A DNA stretch of 64,000 bases from an uncultured Pelagibacteraceae bacterium (GTDB taxonomy: Bacteria; Pseudomonadota; Alphaproteobacteria; Pelagibacterales; AG-422-B15): NCBI GenBank assembly GCA_902526565.1, contig CABZLP010000003.1, forward strand, positions 8,394 to 72,393, in the 5' to 3' direction. Below, piece by piece: positions 48,425 through 59,378 of the stretch. The translations under genes were made by a program, and so were the position numbers. Under the pieces are notes generated by a model. That model saw nothing but the letters and a program-made list of their open reading frames with translations, was not told the origin of the DNA and did no database searches. Position 1 is the stretch's first letter. Each line of letters opens with the position of its first letter.

Positions 48425-48732
48425 TGGTTAATAAAGTTGATGTTCTCGTTCGTTTATTTGAGACTATTGAAAAACGTTCAAGAGAAGATCCCTCTAAATC
48501 ATACACAGCAAAGCTTTTGTCTGAAGGTAAAATCAAATGCATTGAAAAATTAAAAGAAGAGTCTCTTGAAACCGTTGAAGCTGCAGAGCAAGATAACGCG
48601 AAACAAATAATATATGAATCTGCTGATCTCATATATCATTTACTTGTACTTTGGAAAAAATTTGATATTACAGCGGACCAAATATATGCCGAGCTAGAAA
48701 GTAGGGAAGGTAATACAGGTTTACGTAAATAA
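48424..48732 (+). CDS. hisE: phosphoribosyl-ATP pyrophosphatase
   Basis: 102 aa. SYTAKLL...EEAAE-like EESLETVEAA...ESADLIYHLLVL. Confidence 0.85.
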   Translation: MVNKVDVLVRLFETIEKRSREDPSKSYTAKLLSEGKIKCIEKLKEESLETVEAAEQDNAKQIIYESADLIYHLLVLWKKFDITADQIYAELESREGNTGLRK

Positions 48733-49115
48733 TGAGTTACGACAAAGATAATATATTTGCTAAAATAATAAGAGGAGAGATTCCCTGTGATAAAATTTAT
48801 GAAGATGAATTTGTACTTTCGTTTAAAGATATAAGGCCTCAAGCGCCCTCTCACGCATTAATTATTCCCAAGGGAAACTATCTAGACATTAATGACTTTA
48901 GTTTAAACGCTAGTGACAATGAAATTATAGGGTTTAATCGCGCCATTGCGAAAGTTGCAGATATGTTGGGTATTAGTGAAAATTCTGGAGGAAATGGTTA
49001 TAGAGTTATAGCGAATGCTGGAAATGATGCACATCAAGAAGTGCCTCATCTTCACTTCCATCTACTAGCTGGTAGACCTTTAGGTCCAATGGTTTTTCCA
49101 GAAAAATCTAATTAA
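48732..49115 (+). CDS. HIT-family (histidine triad) nucleotide-binding protein
   Basis: 127 aa. IFAKIIRGEIP, and the histidine triad EVPHLHFHLL. Confidence 0.9.
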   Translation: MSYDKDNIFAKIIRGEIPCDKIYEDEFVLSFKDIRPQAPSHALIIPKGNYLDINDFSLNASDNEIIGFNRAIAKVADMLGISENSGGNGYRVIANAGNDAHQEVPHLHFHLLAGRPLGPMVFPEKSN

Positions 49116-49127
49116 GAGTAACTTATA

Positions 49128-49583
49128 ATGACAAGTAAGATTTCAGATGAAGAACTGGTAAAATTATTTAATAAAAATAAATTATTTAATTTATTCAACA
49201 TGACAGTTCTTGAAGTGAATACTGATGATGGAAGTATTAAAATGGAATTTGAAGTCGGGCAAAAATATTGTAATCCTGCAGGCGATGTTCAAGGAGGAAT
49301 TGTAAGTGGGATGGTTGATGACGCTACTGCTCTTGCCTTTATCTTTCAAAACCATTTCAAGAAAAGACCACCAACTATAGAACTAAAAACTAATTTTTTA
49401 TATCCTACAAAACCAGGAAAAGTAATAGGATATGGCCGAGTAGTTAAATCAGGAAAAAATATTGCTTTTCTAGAAGGAAGACTTGAACAAAACAATAGAA
49501 CTGTAGTTACAGCTACATCTACTTGTGTAATTGTAGATATGCCTCAAGTAAATTTAAAAAAAATGATGGGGGAAAAAACATGA
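49128..49583 (+). CDS. PaaI-family hotdog thioesterase
   Basis: 151 aa. NPAGDVQGGIVSGMVDDA and a late GKNIAFLEG segment, typical of PaaI/YigI-type thioesterases. Confidence 0.7.
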   Translation: MTSKISDEELVKLFNKNKLFNLFNMTVLEVNTDDGSIKMEFEVGQKYCNPAGDVQGGIVSGMVDDATALAFIFQNHFKKRPPTIELKTNFLYPTKPGKVIGYGRVVKSGKNIAFLEGRLEQNNRTVVTATSTCVIVDMPQVNLKKMMGEKT

Positions 49584-50596
49584 TTAATAAACAATGGATA
49601 CTAAAAAATTTTCCAGTGGGAGATATCAAAGAGGGTGATTTAGTAATGGAAGAAACTTCTGTTCCTGAATTAAATGAAAACGAGCTTTTGATTAGAAATA
49701 TTTATTTATCACTAGATCCAGCTAATAGAGGATGGATGAGTGGACGCTCTTCCTATGTTGATGCAATGCAAACAGGTGATGTTATGAGGGGTGGAACAAT
49801 AGGTATAGTTGAGAAATCAAAAAATCAGAAATTTAAAGAAGGTGAAATTGTTAATTGTATGGGTGGATGGCAAGAATATTTTATCACTAACGGTAAGGGT
49901 GTTAGACAAATACCACAAGGTACCGGGTTCCCACTAGATAGCTATATGAGTATTTTGGGAATGACAGGCATGACTGCTTATTTTGGTTTACTAGATATTA
50001 CAAAACCTCAAATAGGCGAAACATTAGTCGTTTCAGCTGCAGCGGGCGCTGTGGGTTCTATAGTCTGCCAAATTGGAAAAATAAAGGGATGTAAAGTTAT
50101 AGGTATTGCTGGTTCTGATGAGAAATGTCAGTGGTTAGTAAATGATCTTGGTATAGATGGAGCAATAAACTACAAAACAGAAAATGTTAGAAAAAGACTT
50201 AAAGATCTTTGCTCTGATGGAGTCGATATTTATTTTGAAAATGTTGGAGGACCCATTACAGATGCTGTTCTAACAAGAATGAATATAAATGGAAGAATAA
50301 GTTTATGTGGCTTAATATCTGGTTATAACGCTGAGTCATTAGTTCCTGGACCGGCATGGGGAAACTTATTGATTAAAAGAATAAAGCTCAAAGGTTTCAT
50401 CGTTTTTGACTATTTTAAAAGATACATAGAAGCGTACCAAGATATTACAACCTGGATTAAAGAGGGAAAAATTAAATATAAAAATCATATAGTTCCTGGA
50501 TTAGAAAATGCAGAAAATTCTATTAAAAAGTTATTTTCAGGAGAAAATGAGGGGAAACTAATAATAAAAGTTTCAGAAGATATGACTCAAAATTGA
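49580..50596 (+). CDS. NADP-dependent oxidoreductase, medium-chain (YncB/PTGR1-like)
   Basis: Starts MINKQWILKNFP at ATG 49580, with an ATGA overlap on the previous stop. Cofactor motif SAAAGAVGSIVCQIGKIKGCKVIGIAGS. The ORF-track start at 49523 lies inside the thioesterase gene. Confidence 0.8.
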   Translation: MINKQWILKNFPVGDIKEGDLVMEETSVPELNENELLIRNIYLSLDPANRGWMSGRSSYVDAMQTGDVMRGGTIGIVEKSKNQKFKEGEIVNCMGGWQEYFITNGKGVRQIPQGTGFPLDSYMSILGMTGMTAYFGLLDITKPQIGETLVVSAAAGAVGSIVCQIGKIKGCKVIGIAGSDEKCQWLVNDLGIDGAINYKTENVRKRLKDLCSDGVDIYFENVGGPITDAVLTRMNINGRISLCGLISGYNAESLVPGPAWGNLLIKRIKLKGFIVFDYFKRYIEAYQDITTWIKEGKIKYKNHIVPGLENAENSIKKLFSGENEGKLIIKVSEDMTQN

Positions 50597-50600
50597 ACCA

Positions 50601-51581
50601 ATGAAAAAAGTTTTAATCTTCAGCAATGGAGAGCAAATTGGAGATGGCATTTTAAAATTGCCGATAGTTTATCAACTTAAAGATAGATTTCCAAATCATG
50701 AAATTCATTGGATGACTGATACAATCTATACGGAGTATAATCAAAGACTAAAAAAGTTTACTTCAAACCACATAGATAAAATATGGGAAAAAGCAAAACT
50801 AAGCCCTTTCTTTTGGAAAAAAATTTCAAATAATTATAATTTAAAAAACGAAGAATTTGATATTATTATTGATACGCAAAAAGCAGTATCTAGAACTGTT
50901 GCTTTAAAAAGACTAAGAACGAAAATTTTTATTTCATCTACGGCTAATTGGTTTTTTTCTAATCTTAAACCCAAAGAATTAAATAAAGAAAGAAAATTTT
51001 ACATAAAAAGTATAATAGAAATGCTCGATCTGGTTTCAAATTATGAAACTGAAAAAGAATTCGAAATAGATACCCCACAAGCAATAACAGAGACCCTGGA
51101 TAAATTATTTGACCCGAGTAAAAAGTATATTGGTATTGCGCCTGGTTCAAATACTCCTAAACGAATTTGGTCATTAAATAAATACATAGAAGTGGCTAAG
51201 TTTTATGAAAAAAAAAATTTCAATATTGTTTTTTTCCTTGGCCCTGAAGAACAAAATCTTCGCAAAAAAATAATTGATATTATTAATGAACCCCTTTTTC
51301 CAGAAGAAGAAGTCAAAAATTATCCTGGCATTGAAGTGGTAATGGCATCAACAAACTATTTAGATATTGCCATAACTAATGACAGTGGAACAGGTCAAAT
51401 GCTCTCAACTAATATGTGTCCATTGTTAAAAATCTGTGGTCCAACAAGTGCGGTTAAATTTTTGAATGATCAGTTCACAAACATTAATTTTATCACATCA
51501 CAGAGTTTTGGTGGCGATGATATAAATTTAATAACTACTCATGCAGTTATTAATGAAATTGATAAAATTTTATATGGCTAA
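50601..51581 (+). CDS. glycosyltransferase family 9 (heptosyltransferase-like)
   Basis: 326 aa. GDGILKLPIVYQLKDRFPNHEIHWMT, IGIAPGSNTPKRIWSLNKY, ITNDSGTGQML. Confidence 0.7.
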   Translation: MKKVLIFSNGEQIGDGILKLPIVYQLKDRFPNHEIHWMTDTIYTEYNQRLKKFTSNHIDKIWEKAKLSPFFWKKISNNYNLKNEEFDIIIDTQKAVSRTVALKRLRTKIFISSTANWFFSNLKPKELNKERKFYIKSIIEMLDLVSNYETEKEFEIDTPQAITETLDKLFDPSKKYIGIAPGSNTPKRIWSLNKYIEVAKFYEKKNFNIVFFLGPEEQNLRKKIIDIINEPLFPEEEVKNYPGIEVVMASTNYLDIAITNDSGTGQMLSTNMCPLLKICGPTSAVKFLNDQFTNINFITSQSFGGDDINLITTHAVINEIDKILYG

Positions 51582-51584
51582 ACT

Positions 51585-52550
51585 CTATAATCTAGCCCCA
51601 TAGATTTGTATTATCTCTGAAGCAAACCTAACTCCTTCTTCTCCGCATTTTTCAAGGGGTTGTCCCTGAATATATTTTAGTAAAAATCCTGCAGCAAATA
51701 GATCGCCAGCTCCCGTTGTATCAACAAGATTATCTATTTTTTGGGGTTCAATTTTAATCACTTCTGCATTATTTACGATCATTGCTCCTTTTTCACCGAG
51801 TGTAATTGCAAAAATTTTATTCTTATCTTTAATAATATTTATACTATCGTTCAAGTCTGATGTACCTAATAGAGATTTAATTTCCTCTTCATTCGCAAAA
51901 ACAATATCTGCATCTTTATCAATTAAACTTAAAAAGCTTTCTTTAAAACGTTCAATGCAAAATACGTCAGATACACTAAAGGCTACAATTTTATTATTCT
52001 CTTTAGCTACCTTTGTCGCCTTTTTGATCGCTACTTGAGCATCGTCTAGGTCCCAAAGGTACCCTTCTAGATAAGTGATTTTTGATTGAGAAATAACATC
52101 TTCATTAACATCATCAGAATTAAGCTTTTGGGATATTCCTAAATAGGTACTCATTGTCCTTTGAGCATCAGGGGTTACCATAACTAAGCATCGCCCTGTT
52201 TCACTCTCATCAGATTGAGGGATATTCGCAAAAAATACATTTTCTCTATTTAAGCCATCAACAAATGCGTTACCGACCTCATCCATTCCGACTTTTCCAA
52301 TAAAAGCTGTTTTTATATTATTTTGAGCCAGAGCAACTATGGAGTTTGCAACTGATCCACCAGAAACAGTTTTCTTAATATCAATTTTTCCTGAGATATC
52401 TTTAATACCATCTAGGTCCACTAAAGACATGAGGCCTTTCCTTAATTCGTGATCATCCAAGAATTGATCTTCTACGTCTGTAATTACATCGACAATAGAA
52501 TTACCAATTCCTACAATATCATATTTGTTATCTACCATGTTTCCACCCAA
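51585..52550 (-). CDS. PfkB-family carbohydrate/adenosine kinase
   Basis: 321 aa. GGSVANS, and the C-terminal DTTGAGDLFAAGFL. The start may be M5 (52538). Confidence 0.8.
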   Translation of the reverse strand: MGGNMVDNKYDIVGIGNSIVDVITDVEDQFLDDHELRKGLMSLVDLDGIKDISGKIDIKKTVSGGSVANSIVALAQNNIKTAFIGKVGMDEVGNAFVDGLNRENVFFANIPQSDESETGRCLVMVTPDAQRTMSTYLGISQKLNSDDVNEDVISQSKITYLEGYLWDLDDAQVAIKKATKVAKENNKIVAFSVSDVFCIERFKESFLSLIDKDADIVFANEEEIKSLLGTSDLNDSINIIKDKNKIFAITLGEKGAMIVNNAEVIKIEPQKIDNLVDTTGAGDLFAAGFLLKYIQGQPLEKCGEEGVRFASEIIQIYGARL

Positions 52551-53260
52551 GGACGCAGATCTATTTCATAAGTCCACGCATTTTTCGGTTGATTATGTAT
52601 CATTAAGTAGTTCTGTGCAATATCATCTGGATTCATTAGTCCATCAATTTTCTTTTTTTCTTTCACATAGTCGGGAAACAATTCATTGACCCATGGGGTA
52701 TCAATCGCTCCATCAATAATAACATGCGCAACATGAATTCCTTTAGGCCCTAACTCTCTTGCCATACTCTGTGAAAGAGCTCGTTTTGCATGCTTTGCAC
52801 CCGCAAAAGCAGCAAAACCCTCTTTACCCCTAACACTCGCTGATGCACCAGTAAAAATTATTGTTCCTTTTTTTCTAGGAACCATTTTTTTCGCGACTTC
52901 TCTACCCATGAGGAATGCGCCGAATGCAGCCATTTCCCAAACTTTATAATATTTTCTGGATGTTGTTTCTAATATGCCATATCTAATATTTGCTCCTATG
53001 TTGTATACGGCAACTAAAATCTCTCCGATTTCGTTTTCAATTTTATTAATTAAGTTTATGACATCATCTTCTTTTCTTGCATCAAGGGAATAAAAGAAAC
53101 ATTGACCATCATTTTGTTTAATTTCTTCAGCTAACCCTGATAACTTATCACCATTTCTTCTTGCAACTACAACAGTGAATCCATCATCTGCAAAAACTCT
53201 TGCTATTGATGAACCTAAACTATCACCAGCTCCAATTATCAATGCTACTTTATTTTTCAT
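52532..53260 (-). CDS. short-chain dehydrogenase/reductase family oxidoreductase
   Basis: 242 aa. LIIGAGDSLGSSIA, a NIGAN segment, FAGAKHAKRAL (YxxxK-like region). Confidence 0.75.
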   Translation of the reverse strand: MKNKVALIIGAGDSLGSSIARVFADDGFTVVVARRNGDKLSGLAEEIKQNDGQCFFYSLDARKEDDVINLINKIENEIGEILVAVYNIGANIRYGILETTSRKYYKVWEMAAFGAFLMGREVAKKMVPRKKGTIIFTGASASVRGKEGFAAFAGAKHAKRALSQSMARELGPKGIHVAHVIIDGAIDTPWVNELFPDYVKEKKKIDGLMNPDDIAQNYLMIHNQPKNAWTYEIDLRPWVETW

Positions 53261-53319
53261 TTTGAAAGAACTCTAGCAGTTACCGTCAAACTATCAACTC
53301 TCTATTATAAAAATATCTA

Positions 53320-53973
53320 TTATGGTTTTTTTGTTTTTATTGGCTTTTTTCTATTAGGAAAACAGGTTTTGCAAATTTTACAATCTAAGCCAAAACATTT
53401 TCTAGCTTCACAATACTCTCTTCCGTAAAAAATAATTTGCAAATGAAGTTTATTCCAACTATTCATTGGAAAGATTTTTTTTAAATCATTTTCTGTTTGC
53501 GTTACATTCTTTCCATTAGTTAACCCCCATCTTTGGGCTAATCTATGAATATGTGTATCAACAGGAAAAGCTGGATGACCAAAGCCTTGCGACATTACTA
53601 CACTAGCTGTTTTATGACCAACACCAGGAAGCTTCTCAAGTTCGTTAAAACTTTCCGGTACCTTGCCATTAAAATTTTTAACTAATATTTTAGACAACCT
53701 ATAGATCGCACTGGACTTTTGGGGGGCTAGGCCACATGGTCTTATAATCTTGTATATTTTATTTTGAGATAATTTTTGCATTTTTTTTGCATTATTTGCT
53801 TCTTTAAAAAGCAAGGGTGTAATTTCATTCACTCTTTTATCAGTACATTGTGCACTTAAAAGAACAGAAATTAAAAGTTCAAACTTGTTCCTATGATTTA
53901 GAGGTATAGGTGTTTTAGGATATATTTTATTTAACATATCCATTATTTTTGTTGCACGTTCGGCTCTTTGCAT
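53320..53973 (-). CDS. nth: endonuclease III
   Basis: 217 aa. HhH-GPD LPGVGHKTASVV, DTHIHR, and a C-terminal Cys cluster CEARKCFGLDCKICKTC. Confidence 0.92.
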   Translation of the reverse strand: MQRAERATKIMDMLNKIYPKTPIPLNHRNKFELLISVLLSAQCTDKRVNEITPLLFKEANNAKKMQKLSQNKIYKIIRPCGLAPQKSSAIYRLSKILVKNFNGKVPESFNELEKLPGVGHKTASVVMSQGFGHPAFPVDTHIHRLAQRWGLTNGKNVTQTENDLKKIFPMNSWNKLHLQIIFYGREYCEARKCFGLDCKICKTCFPNRKKPIKTKKP

Positions 53974-53991
53974 CAGCTATCTATTATTGTT

Positions 53992-54798
53992 CTAAATATT
54001 CAAAACGTCGGCCATTGAATAAAGGCCTGGCTCTTTATCCATTCCCCATTTTACAGCTTGAAGAGCGCCATTGGCAAAAATACCTCTATTTTTTGCTAAA
54101 TGCTGAATTTTAATCGTTTCATCATTTGATGAGAATATTATCTCATGGTTACCAATGGTTTCGCCTTTTCTAAAGGATGACATTACAATTTTATCCTTTA
54201 AATACTTACCAATTGTATTGACTCGATTAATTTTCATTATATTTTCCAATTTTTTATTTTTTCCATCAGCAGCAGCTTTGCCAAGCATTATTGCCGTTCC
54301 TGAAGGTGCATCAATTTTATGTTTATGATGAGTTTCATTTATTTTTATATCAAAAGAGCTATCTAATTTGGAGGAAGCAATTCTTACAATACTTTCTGAT
54401 AAATTTATACCTAAACTCATGTTTCCAGATTTAATAATTGTGGCGTGCTGCGCAGCAAAATCTATTTTATTTAACTGACTTTTGCTGAACCCGGTTGTTC
54501 CAATTACATGAACAATTCTTGCTTGCGCCGAATATTTTGCATACTCTAATGTTGCTGTTGGAACTGTAAAATCAATAACCGCATCAGCTTTTGCAAATAG
54601 TTCAATAATATTATCTGTTATTAAAACGCCGGTTTTTTTTGTTTTTAAAATTTGACCTATATCTTTTCCTAAAGAAGGATGGCCAACGCTCTCAGTTGCT
54701 CCAAATAATAAAAAAGATTTATCTTGAATAATCTTTTTTAGAATTTGTGTGCCCATGCGGCCTGAAGCACCTGTTACGATTACTTTAATTTTTCTCAT
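53992..54798 (-). CDS. dapB: 4-hydroxy-tetrahydrodipicolinate reductase
   Basis: 268 aa. VIVTGASGRMG, ETHHKHKIDAPSGTA. Confidence 0.88.
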   Translation of the reverse strand: MRKIKVIVTGASGRMGTQILKKIIQDKSFLLFGATESVGHPSLGKDIGQILKTKKTGVLITDNIIELFAKADAVIDFTVPTATLEYAKYSAQARIVHVIGTTGFSKSQLNKIDFAAQHATIIKSGNMSLGINLSESIVRIASSKLDSSFDIKINETHHKHKIDAPSGTAIMLGKAAADGKNKKLENIMKINRVNTIGKYLKDKIVMSSFRKGETIGNHEIIFSSNDETIKIQHLAKNRGIFANGALQAVKWGMDKEPGLYSMADVLNI

Positions 54799-54840
54799 TT
54801 TTTTAAATGATAATTCAAATAAAGAAAAAAGTAATGGTAT

Positions 54841-55980
54841 TTAATTTTTTGTTTTCCAGAAATCTCTGGCTTTTTTAAAAAAAGCCGAGCTAAGAGGATT
54901 TTCTTCATTATTACTGACCTCTTGAAAGGACTTTAGAATATCAATTTGTTTTTTGTTTAAATTTACAGGAGTTTCAACTTTGGTTTGTATGTATAAGTCA
55001 CCAAGATATCCACTTCTTACGTTAGGCATCCCTTTTGATTTAAGTCTAAATTGATCTCCCGTTTGAGTTCCCGGAGGTATTTTTAATCTTGCTTTACCAC
55101 CATCTATAATTGGTACATCAATAGACCCACCAACAGCAGCATTAATCATTGAAATAGGTACCTCAGCAAAAAGATTTTCATCTTCCCTGGCAAATATACT
55201 ATGTTCGTTGACATTAACAAAAATATACAAATCACCTTGTTGACCCCCATTTGCGCCAGCCTCGCCCTCGCCACTCAGCCTTATTCTTGACCCATCATCA
55301 ACTCCTTTTGGTATTTTAACCATTAGACTTTTTGTTTTTTGAGTTCGGCCAGAACCACGACATGGATTACAAGGATCAGATATTGTTGAACCCGTTCCCT
55401 GGCAGGTGGGACAAGTCTGTTGAATAGAAAAGAAGCCTTGTTGTGATCTAATTTGGCCTCTTCCACCACACGACTGACATGTTACAGGCTGACTTCCTTT
55501 AGATGCTCCTGAACCAGAACATATCTCACATTGTACCTGTGTAGGTATTTTTACTTTAAATTTTTTTCCATTATAGGCTTCTTCAAGTGAAACTGTAATA
55601 TCATATCTTAGATCAGATCCACGATTGTTTGACCTTCTCCTTCTGTTACCACCTCCTCCAAAAAAAGATGAGTCACCGCCAAAAAAATCCTCGAAAATAT
55701 CTTGAAAAGCTGATGAAGAGAAATCAAATCCACCACCACCCTGTCCAGAGCTTCCGTCGACAGCTGCATGACCAAACTGATCATAAGCAGACCTTTTTTC
55801 TTTGTCTTGAAGAACTGCGTATGCCTCACTAGCTTCTTTGAATTTTATTTCAGCTTCTGCATCTCCCTGATTTCGATCAGGGTGATATTTCATCGCAAGT
55901 TTTCTATAGGATTTTTTTATTTCGGAGTCGTCAGCAGTCTTGGCTACACCAAGAACTTCATAATAGTCTCTTTTTGACAT
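54841..55980 (-). CDS. dnaJ: molecular chaperone DnaJ
   Basis: 379 aa. J domain with HPD (KYHPDRN), a G/F region and four CxxCxGxG zinc-finger repeats. Confidence 0.97.
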   Translation of the reverse strand: MSKRDYYEVLGVAKTADDSEIKKSYRKLAMKYHPDRNQGDAEAEIKFKEASEAYAVLQDKEKRSAYDQFGHAAVDGSSGQGGGGFDFSSSAFQDIFEDFFGGDSSFFGGGGNRRRRSNNRGSDLRYDITVSLEEAYNGKKFKVKIPTQVQCEICSGSGASKGSQPVTCQSCGGRGQIRSQQGFFSIQQTCPTCQGTGSTISDPCNPCRGSGRTQKTKSLMVKIPKGVDDGSRIRLSGEGEAGANGGQQGDLYIFVNVNEHSIFAREDENLFAEVPISMINAAVGGSIDVPIIDGGKARLKIPPGTQTGDQFRLKSKGMPNVRSGYLGDLYIQTKVETPVNLNKKQIDILKSFQEVSNNEENPLSSAFFKKARDFWKTKN

Positions 55981-55992
55981 AAGCTTACCTGC

Positions 55993-57921
55993 TTACGATT
56001 CTTTATTGTCTTCTTTTACTTCTTCAAATTCTGCATCAACAACTTTTTCATTGTTTTCTTTTGCATCATTAGGTTCACCACTTGTTGGCCCACCTTCTGG
56101 TGAAGGAGCATCTTGTTGTTGAGCTTTATACATTGCTTCACCTAATTTCATGGAAGATTGAGTTAATGCTTCCAGGCCACTTTTAATTTTTTCAATATCA
56201 TCAGAAGCAATTGCTTCTTTCAAAGTCTTAATATCGTTTTCGATCGCATTTTTTTCTTGATCTGAAACCTTGTTACCAAATTCTTTAAGATTCTTTTCTG
56301 CTGAATGTACCATCGTATCAGCTTGATTTTTCACATCTACAGTTTCTCTTTTCTTCTTATCAGACTCAGCATTTGCCTCAGCTTCTTTGACCATCTTTTC
56401 AATCTCTTCTTCGCTTAGGCCGCCAGACGCCTGAATTTTAATCTGTTGTTCTTTTCCAGTTCCTTTATCTTTAGCTGATACGTTTACAATACCATTAGCA
56501 TCGATATCAAAAGTTACTTCAACCTGAGGAACCCCTCTCGGTGCTGGTGGAATTCCAACAAGATCAAAATTGCCTAGAAGCTTATTATCTGATGCCATCT
56601 CTCTTTCTCCTTGGCATACACGTATTGTCACAGCTGTTTGATTATCATCGGCTGTAGAAAAAACCTGACTTTTCTTTGTAGGTATTGTCGTATTTTTATC
56701 AATGAGTTTTGTGAACACTCCTCCTAAAGTTTCAATACCGAGTGAGAGAGGAGTAACATCTAACAATAAAACGTCTTTAACATCACCTTGAAGAATACCC
56801 GCTTGGATAGCAGCACCTTGAGCTACTACTTCGTCAGGATTAACTCCTTTATTTGGTTCCTTACCAAAGAAGTTTTTAACCGTCTCAATTACTTTGGGCA
56901 TTCTTGTCATGCCACCAACAAGCACAACTTCATCAATTTCACCTGCGCTCAGACCCGCGTCCTTTAATGCAGCGTCACATGGTTTGATTGTTTTTTCGAT
57001 TAAATCATCGACTAATGTTTCAAGTTTAGCTCTTGTAACCTTAATGTTTAAATGCTTTGGGCCGGATTGATCTGCAGTAATAAACGGAAGATTGATTTCT
57101 GTTTGAGAAGTAGATGATAATTCTATTTTAGCTTTCTCTGCTGACTCTTTAAGTCTCTGTAAAGCCAATTTATCTTGGGTCAGATCAATATTATTTTCTT
57201 TTTTAAATTCATCAGCTAAATAACTTAGTAGTCTTGAGTCAAAATCTTCTCCACCAAGGAATGTATCGCCATTAGTTGATTTAACCTCAAATACTCCATC
57301 ACCAATTTCTAATATTGAAATATCAAAAGTTCCTCCACCTAAATCATAGACAGCAATTGTTTTGCCATCTTTTTTGTCTAGACCATATGCTAGTGCTGCC
57401 GCTGTAGGCTCATTAACAATTCTCTCAACTTCTAGTCCAGCTATCTTACCTGCGTCTTTGGTGGCCTGTCTTTGCGCATCATTAAAATAAGCTGGCACGG
57501 TAATCACTGCTTTTTCAACAGTTTCTCCTAAATATCTTTCTGCATCTTCTTTTAGTTTTTGCAATACAAACGCAGAAATCTGTGAAGGCGAATATTTTTC
57601 ATTTCCAGACTCAACCCATGCGTCACCGTTTTCAGATTTTATAATTTTAAATGGTACCATGTCTGAGTCTTTTTTAACCATTGGGTCTTCAAAAGAACGT
57701 CCCATGAGTCTTTTAATGGCAAAAAAAGTATTTTCTGGGTTTGTTACACCTTGCCTTTTAGCAGGCTGTCCAACCAGTTTTTCACTTTCGGCACCAAAGC
57801 TTATGATGGAAGGTGTAGTACGTGAACCCTCAGCATTTTCTATTACCTTAGGATCTTTACCATCCATTATTGAGATACAACTGTTAGTTGTTCCTAGATC
57901 TATGCCAATCACTTTTCCCAT
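55993..57921 (-). CDS. dnaK: molecular chaperone DnaK
   Basis: 642 aa. [28 protein letters not shown]. Confidence 0.98.
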   Translation of the reverse strand: MGKVIGIDLGTTNSCISIMDGKDPKVIENAEGSRTTPSIISFGAESEKLVGQPAKRQGVTNPENTFFAIKRLMGRSFEDPMVKKDSDMVPFKIIKSENGDAWVESGNEKYSPSQISAFVLQKLKEDAERYLGETVEKAVITVPAYFNDAQRQATKDAGKIAGLEVERIVNEPTAAALAYGLDKKDGKTIAVYDLGGGTFDISILEIGDGVFEVKSTNGDTFLGGEDFDSRLLSYLADEFKKENNIDLTQDKLALQRLKESAEKAKIELSSTSQTEINLPFITADQSGPKHLNIKVTRAKLETLVDDLIEKTIKPCDAALKDAGLSAGEIDEVVLVGGMTRMPKVIETVKNFFGKEPNKGVNPDEVVAQGAAIQAGILQGDVKDVLLLDVTPLSLGIETLGGVFTKLIDKNTTIPTKKSQVFSTADDNQTAVTIRVCQGEREMASDNKLLGNFDLVGIPPAPRGVPQVEVTFDIDANGIVNVSAKDKGTGKEQQIKIQASGGLSEEEIEKMVKEAEANAESDKKKRETVDVKNQADTMVHSAEKNLKEFGNKVSDQEKNAIENDIKTLKEAIASDDIEKIKSGLEALTQSSMKLGEAMYKAQQQDAPSPEGGPTSGEPNDAKENNEKVVDAEFEEVKEDNKES

Positions 57922-57947
57922 AAAATTCTCTTTGTTTAATTTGACTT

Positions 57948-57977
57948 ATATATAGGTAGTCCATTTTTCTGTGCAAC
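57948..57977 (-). promoter_or_regulatory. candidate sigma-32 (RpoH)-type heat-shock promoter of dnaK
   Basis: The minus strand reads GTTG-N17-CCTATATAT. The -35 part lies at 57971-57977 and the -10 part at 57948-57956. The alphaproteobacterial heat-shock consensus, as I recall it, is CTTG-N17/18-CYTATNT. It ends 27 nt upstream of the dnaK ATG. Confidence 0.3.
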
Positions 57978-58042
57978 CCCCAAAGTAGAAAGTATTTTTG
58001 CTTCGTAAAATGAACTTATATTGATTTATGGTATTGATATTA

Positions 58043-58594
58043 TTAGTCTTTTTTCTTTACAACACCTACCATAGCAGGTCTTAAAAGCCTATCCCCAATA
58101 CGGTATCCCTCTTGTACTACCTCCGTAATAATACCCGACTGCTTATCAGGATTTTCCACTTCAAACATTGCTTGATGCAAGTTTGGATCAAAATTTTGGT
58201 CTAAAGAATTAATTTTTTCAATTTTGAACTTCTCAAAAATTGTTATTATTTGTTTTTCCGTTAATTCAATACCTTCAATAAACTGTGAAATATTTTGATC
58301 TGATTTTTTTAGTTCATCTAGATCTATAGATTTTAACGCTCTCTCTAAATTATCCAATACAGATAAGATTTCTTTGGCGAAACTAGAAATAACATAGTTA
58401 CTGAGATCCTCTTTTTCTCTGTCAAATCTTTTTCTTAGATTATCGTTATCTGCGAGAGATAGTAAAACTTGATTTTCTGCCTCTTTTAACTTTTCTTCAA
58501 GTTGTGAATGGTCAATATTTTCCTCTACTTGAACTTCCTCAGTATTCTCTTTCGTTTTCTTTTCAGAAATATTCTTTTTTTTGTTCTTTGTCAT
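58043..58594 (-). CDS. grpE: nucleotide exchange factor GrpE
   Basis: 183 aa. Coiled-coil N-terminus, LRKRFDREKE, and the C-terminal GYRIGDRLLRPAMV. Confidence 0.9.
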   Translation of the reverse strand: MTKNKKKNISEKKTKENTEEVQVEENIDHSQLEEKLKEAENQVLLSLADNDNLRKRFDREKEDLSNYVISSFAKEILSVLDNLERALKSIDLDELKKSDQNISQFIEGIELTEKQIITIFEKFKIEKINSLDQNFDPNLHQAMFEVENPDKQSGIITEVVQEGYRIGDRLLRPAMVGVVKKKD

Positions 58595-58661
58595 ATCTTT
58601 TTTTGAATATGTAATGATCTATATTATTTTCGTCAATACATAGTATAGTGAATTTATTAAT

Positions 58662-59378
58662 ATGAGAAATACAAGAGAAATTGGCGATCTTCGTGAATTT
58701 GAAATTATCCCAAATTTCTCTTCATATCCGGAAGGTTCTTGTATGATAAAATTTGGTGAAACTCATGTATTATGTAACGCTTCTCTTGATCAAAATGTTC
58801 CAAGGTGGCTTAAGAATTCTCAGCAAGGCTGGGTAACTGCTGAATATGGAATGCTTCCAAGATCAACATCTGAAAGAATGTCCCGAGAAGCTGTCAGAGG
58901 CAAACAATCAGGAAGAACTCAAGAAATACAACGTTTGATTGGCAGATCGTTGAGAGCGGTAACAGATCTTAGTTTGTTAAAAGATATGCAAATTTTAATT
59001 GATTGCGATGTTATCCAAGCTGATGGTGGAACACGAACCGCTTCAATTTCAGGTGCCTTTGTAGCATTGCAGTTATGTATTGAGAGCATGATTGAGAAAA
59101 AGATTATAAAAACTAATCCAATAAAGGAAAATCTTGCAGCTATAAGTTGTGGCATAGTTGATAATGTTCCATTGCTTGACCTAGATTTTATTGAGGATCA
59201 AAATGCTGAGGTTGATGCTAATTTTGTAATTACAGAAACAAATAAAATAGTCGAGATACAAATGACATCTGAAAAAAAACTTTGCACAGAAAACGAATTT
59301 AACTCGATGTTTGAACTGGCAAAATCAGGTATTGGTAAAATAATTCAGTCTCAAAAAATACTTTTTGATGGTAATTAA
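58662..59378 (+). CDS. rph: ribonuclease PH
   Basis: 238 aa. GWVTAEYGMLPRST, GRTQEIQRLIGRSLR, CDVIQADGGTRTASI. Confidence 0.93.
   Translation: MRNTREIGDLREFEIIPNFSSYPEGSCMIKFGETHVLCNASLDQNVPRWLKNSQQGWVTAEYGMLPRSTSERMSREAVRGKQSGRTQEIQRLIGRSLRAVTDLSLLKDMQILIDCDVIQADGGTRTASISGAFVALQLCIESMIEKKIIKTNPIKENLAAISCGIVDNVPLLDLDFIEDQNAEVDANFVITETNKIVEIQMTSEKKLCTENEFNSMFELAKSGIGKIIQSQKILFDGN

Noticed and set aside
779-57955. Many 60-131-aa ORFs from the six-frame track lie antisense or out of frame inside strong genes. Examples: 779..1009, 1023..1214, 3827..4165, 9480..9701, 14815..15051, 17367..17720, 25567..25866, 26693..26992, 32673..33047, 33441..33758, 42991..43386, 44430..44780, 55608..55977, 57659..57955.
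   Set aside because: Each lies wholly inside a well-supported conserved CDS. Their translations are low-complexity (S/L/I/F-rich) with no recognisable motifs and no independent start signals. The longest ones sit opposite the most conserved, relatively GC-richer genes (hslU, hslV, rho, leuS, dnaK), where stop-poor antisense frames are a known compositional artefact.
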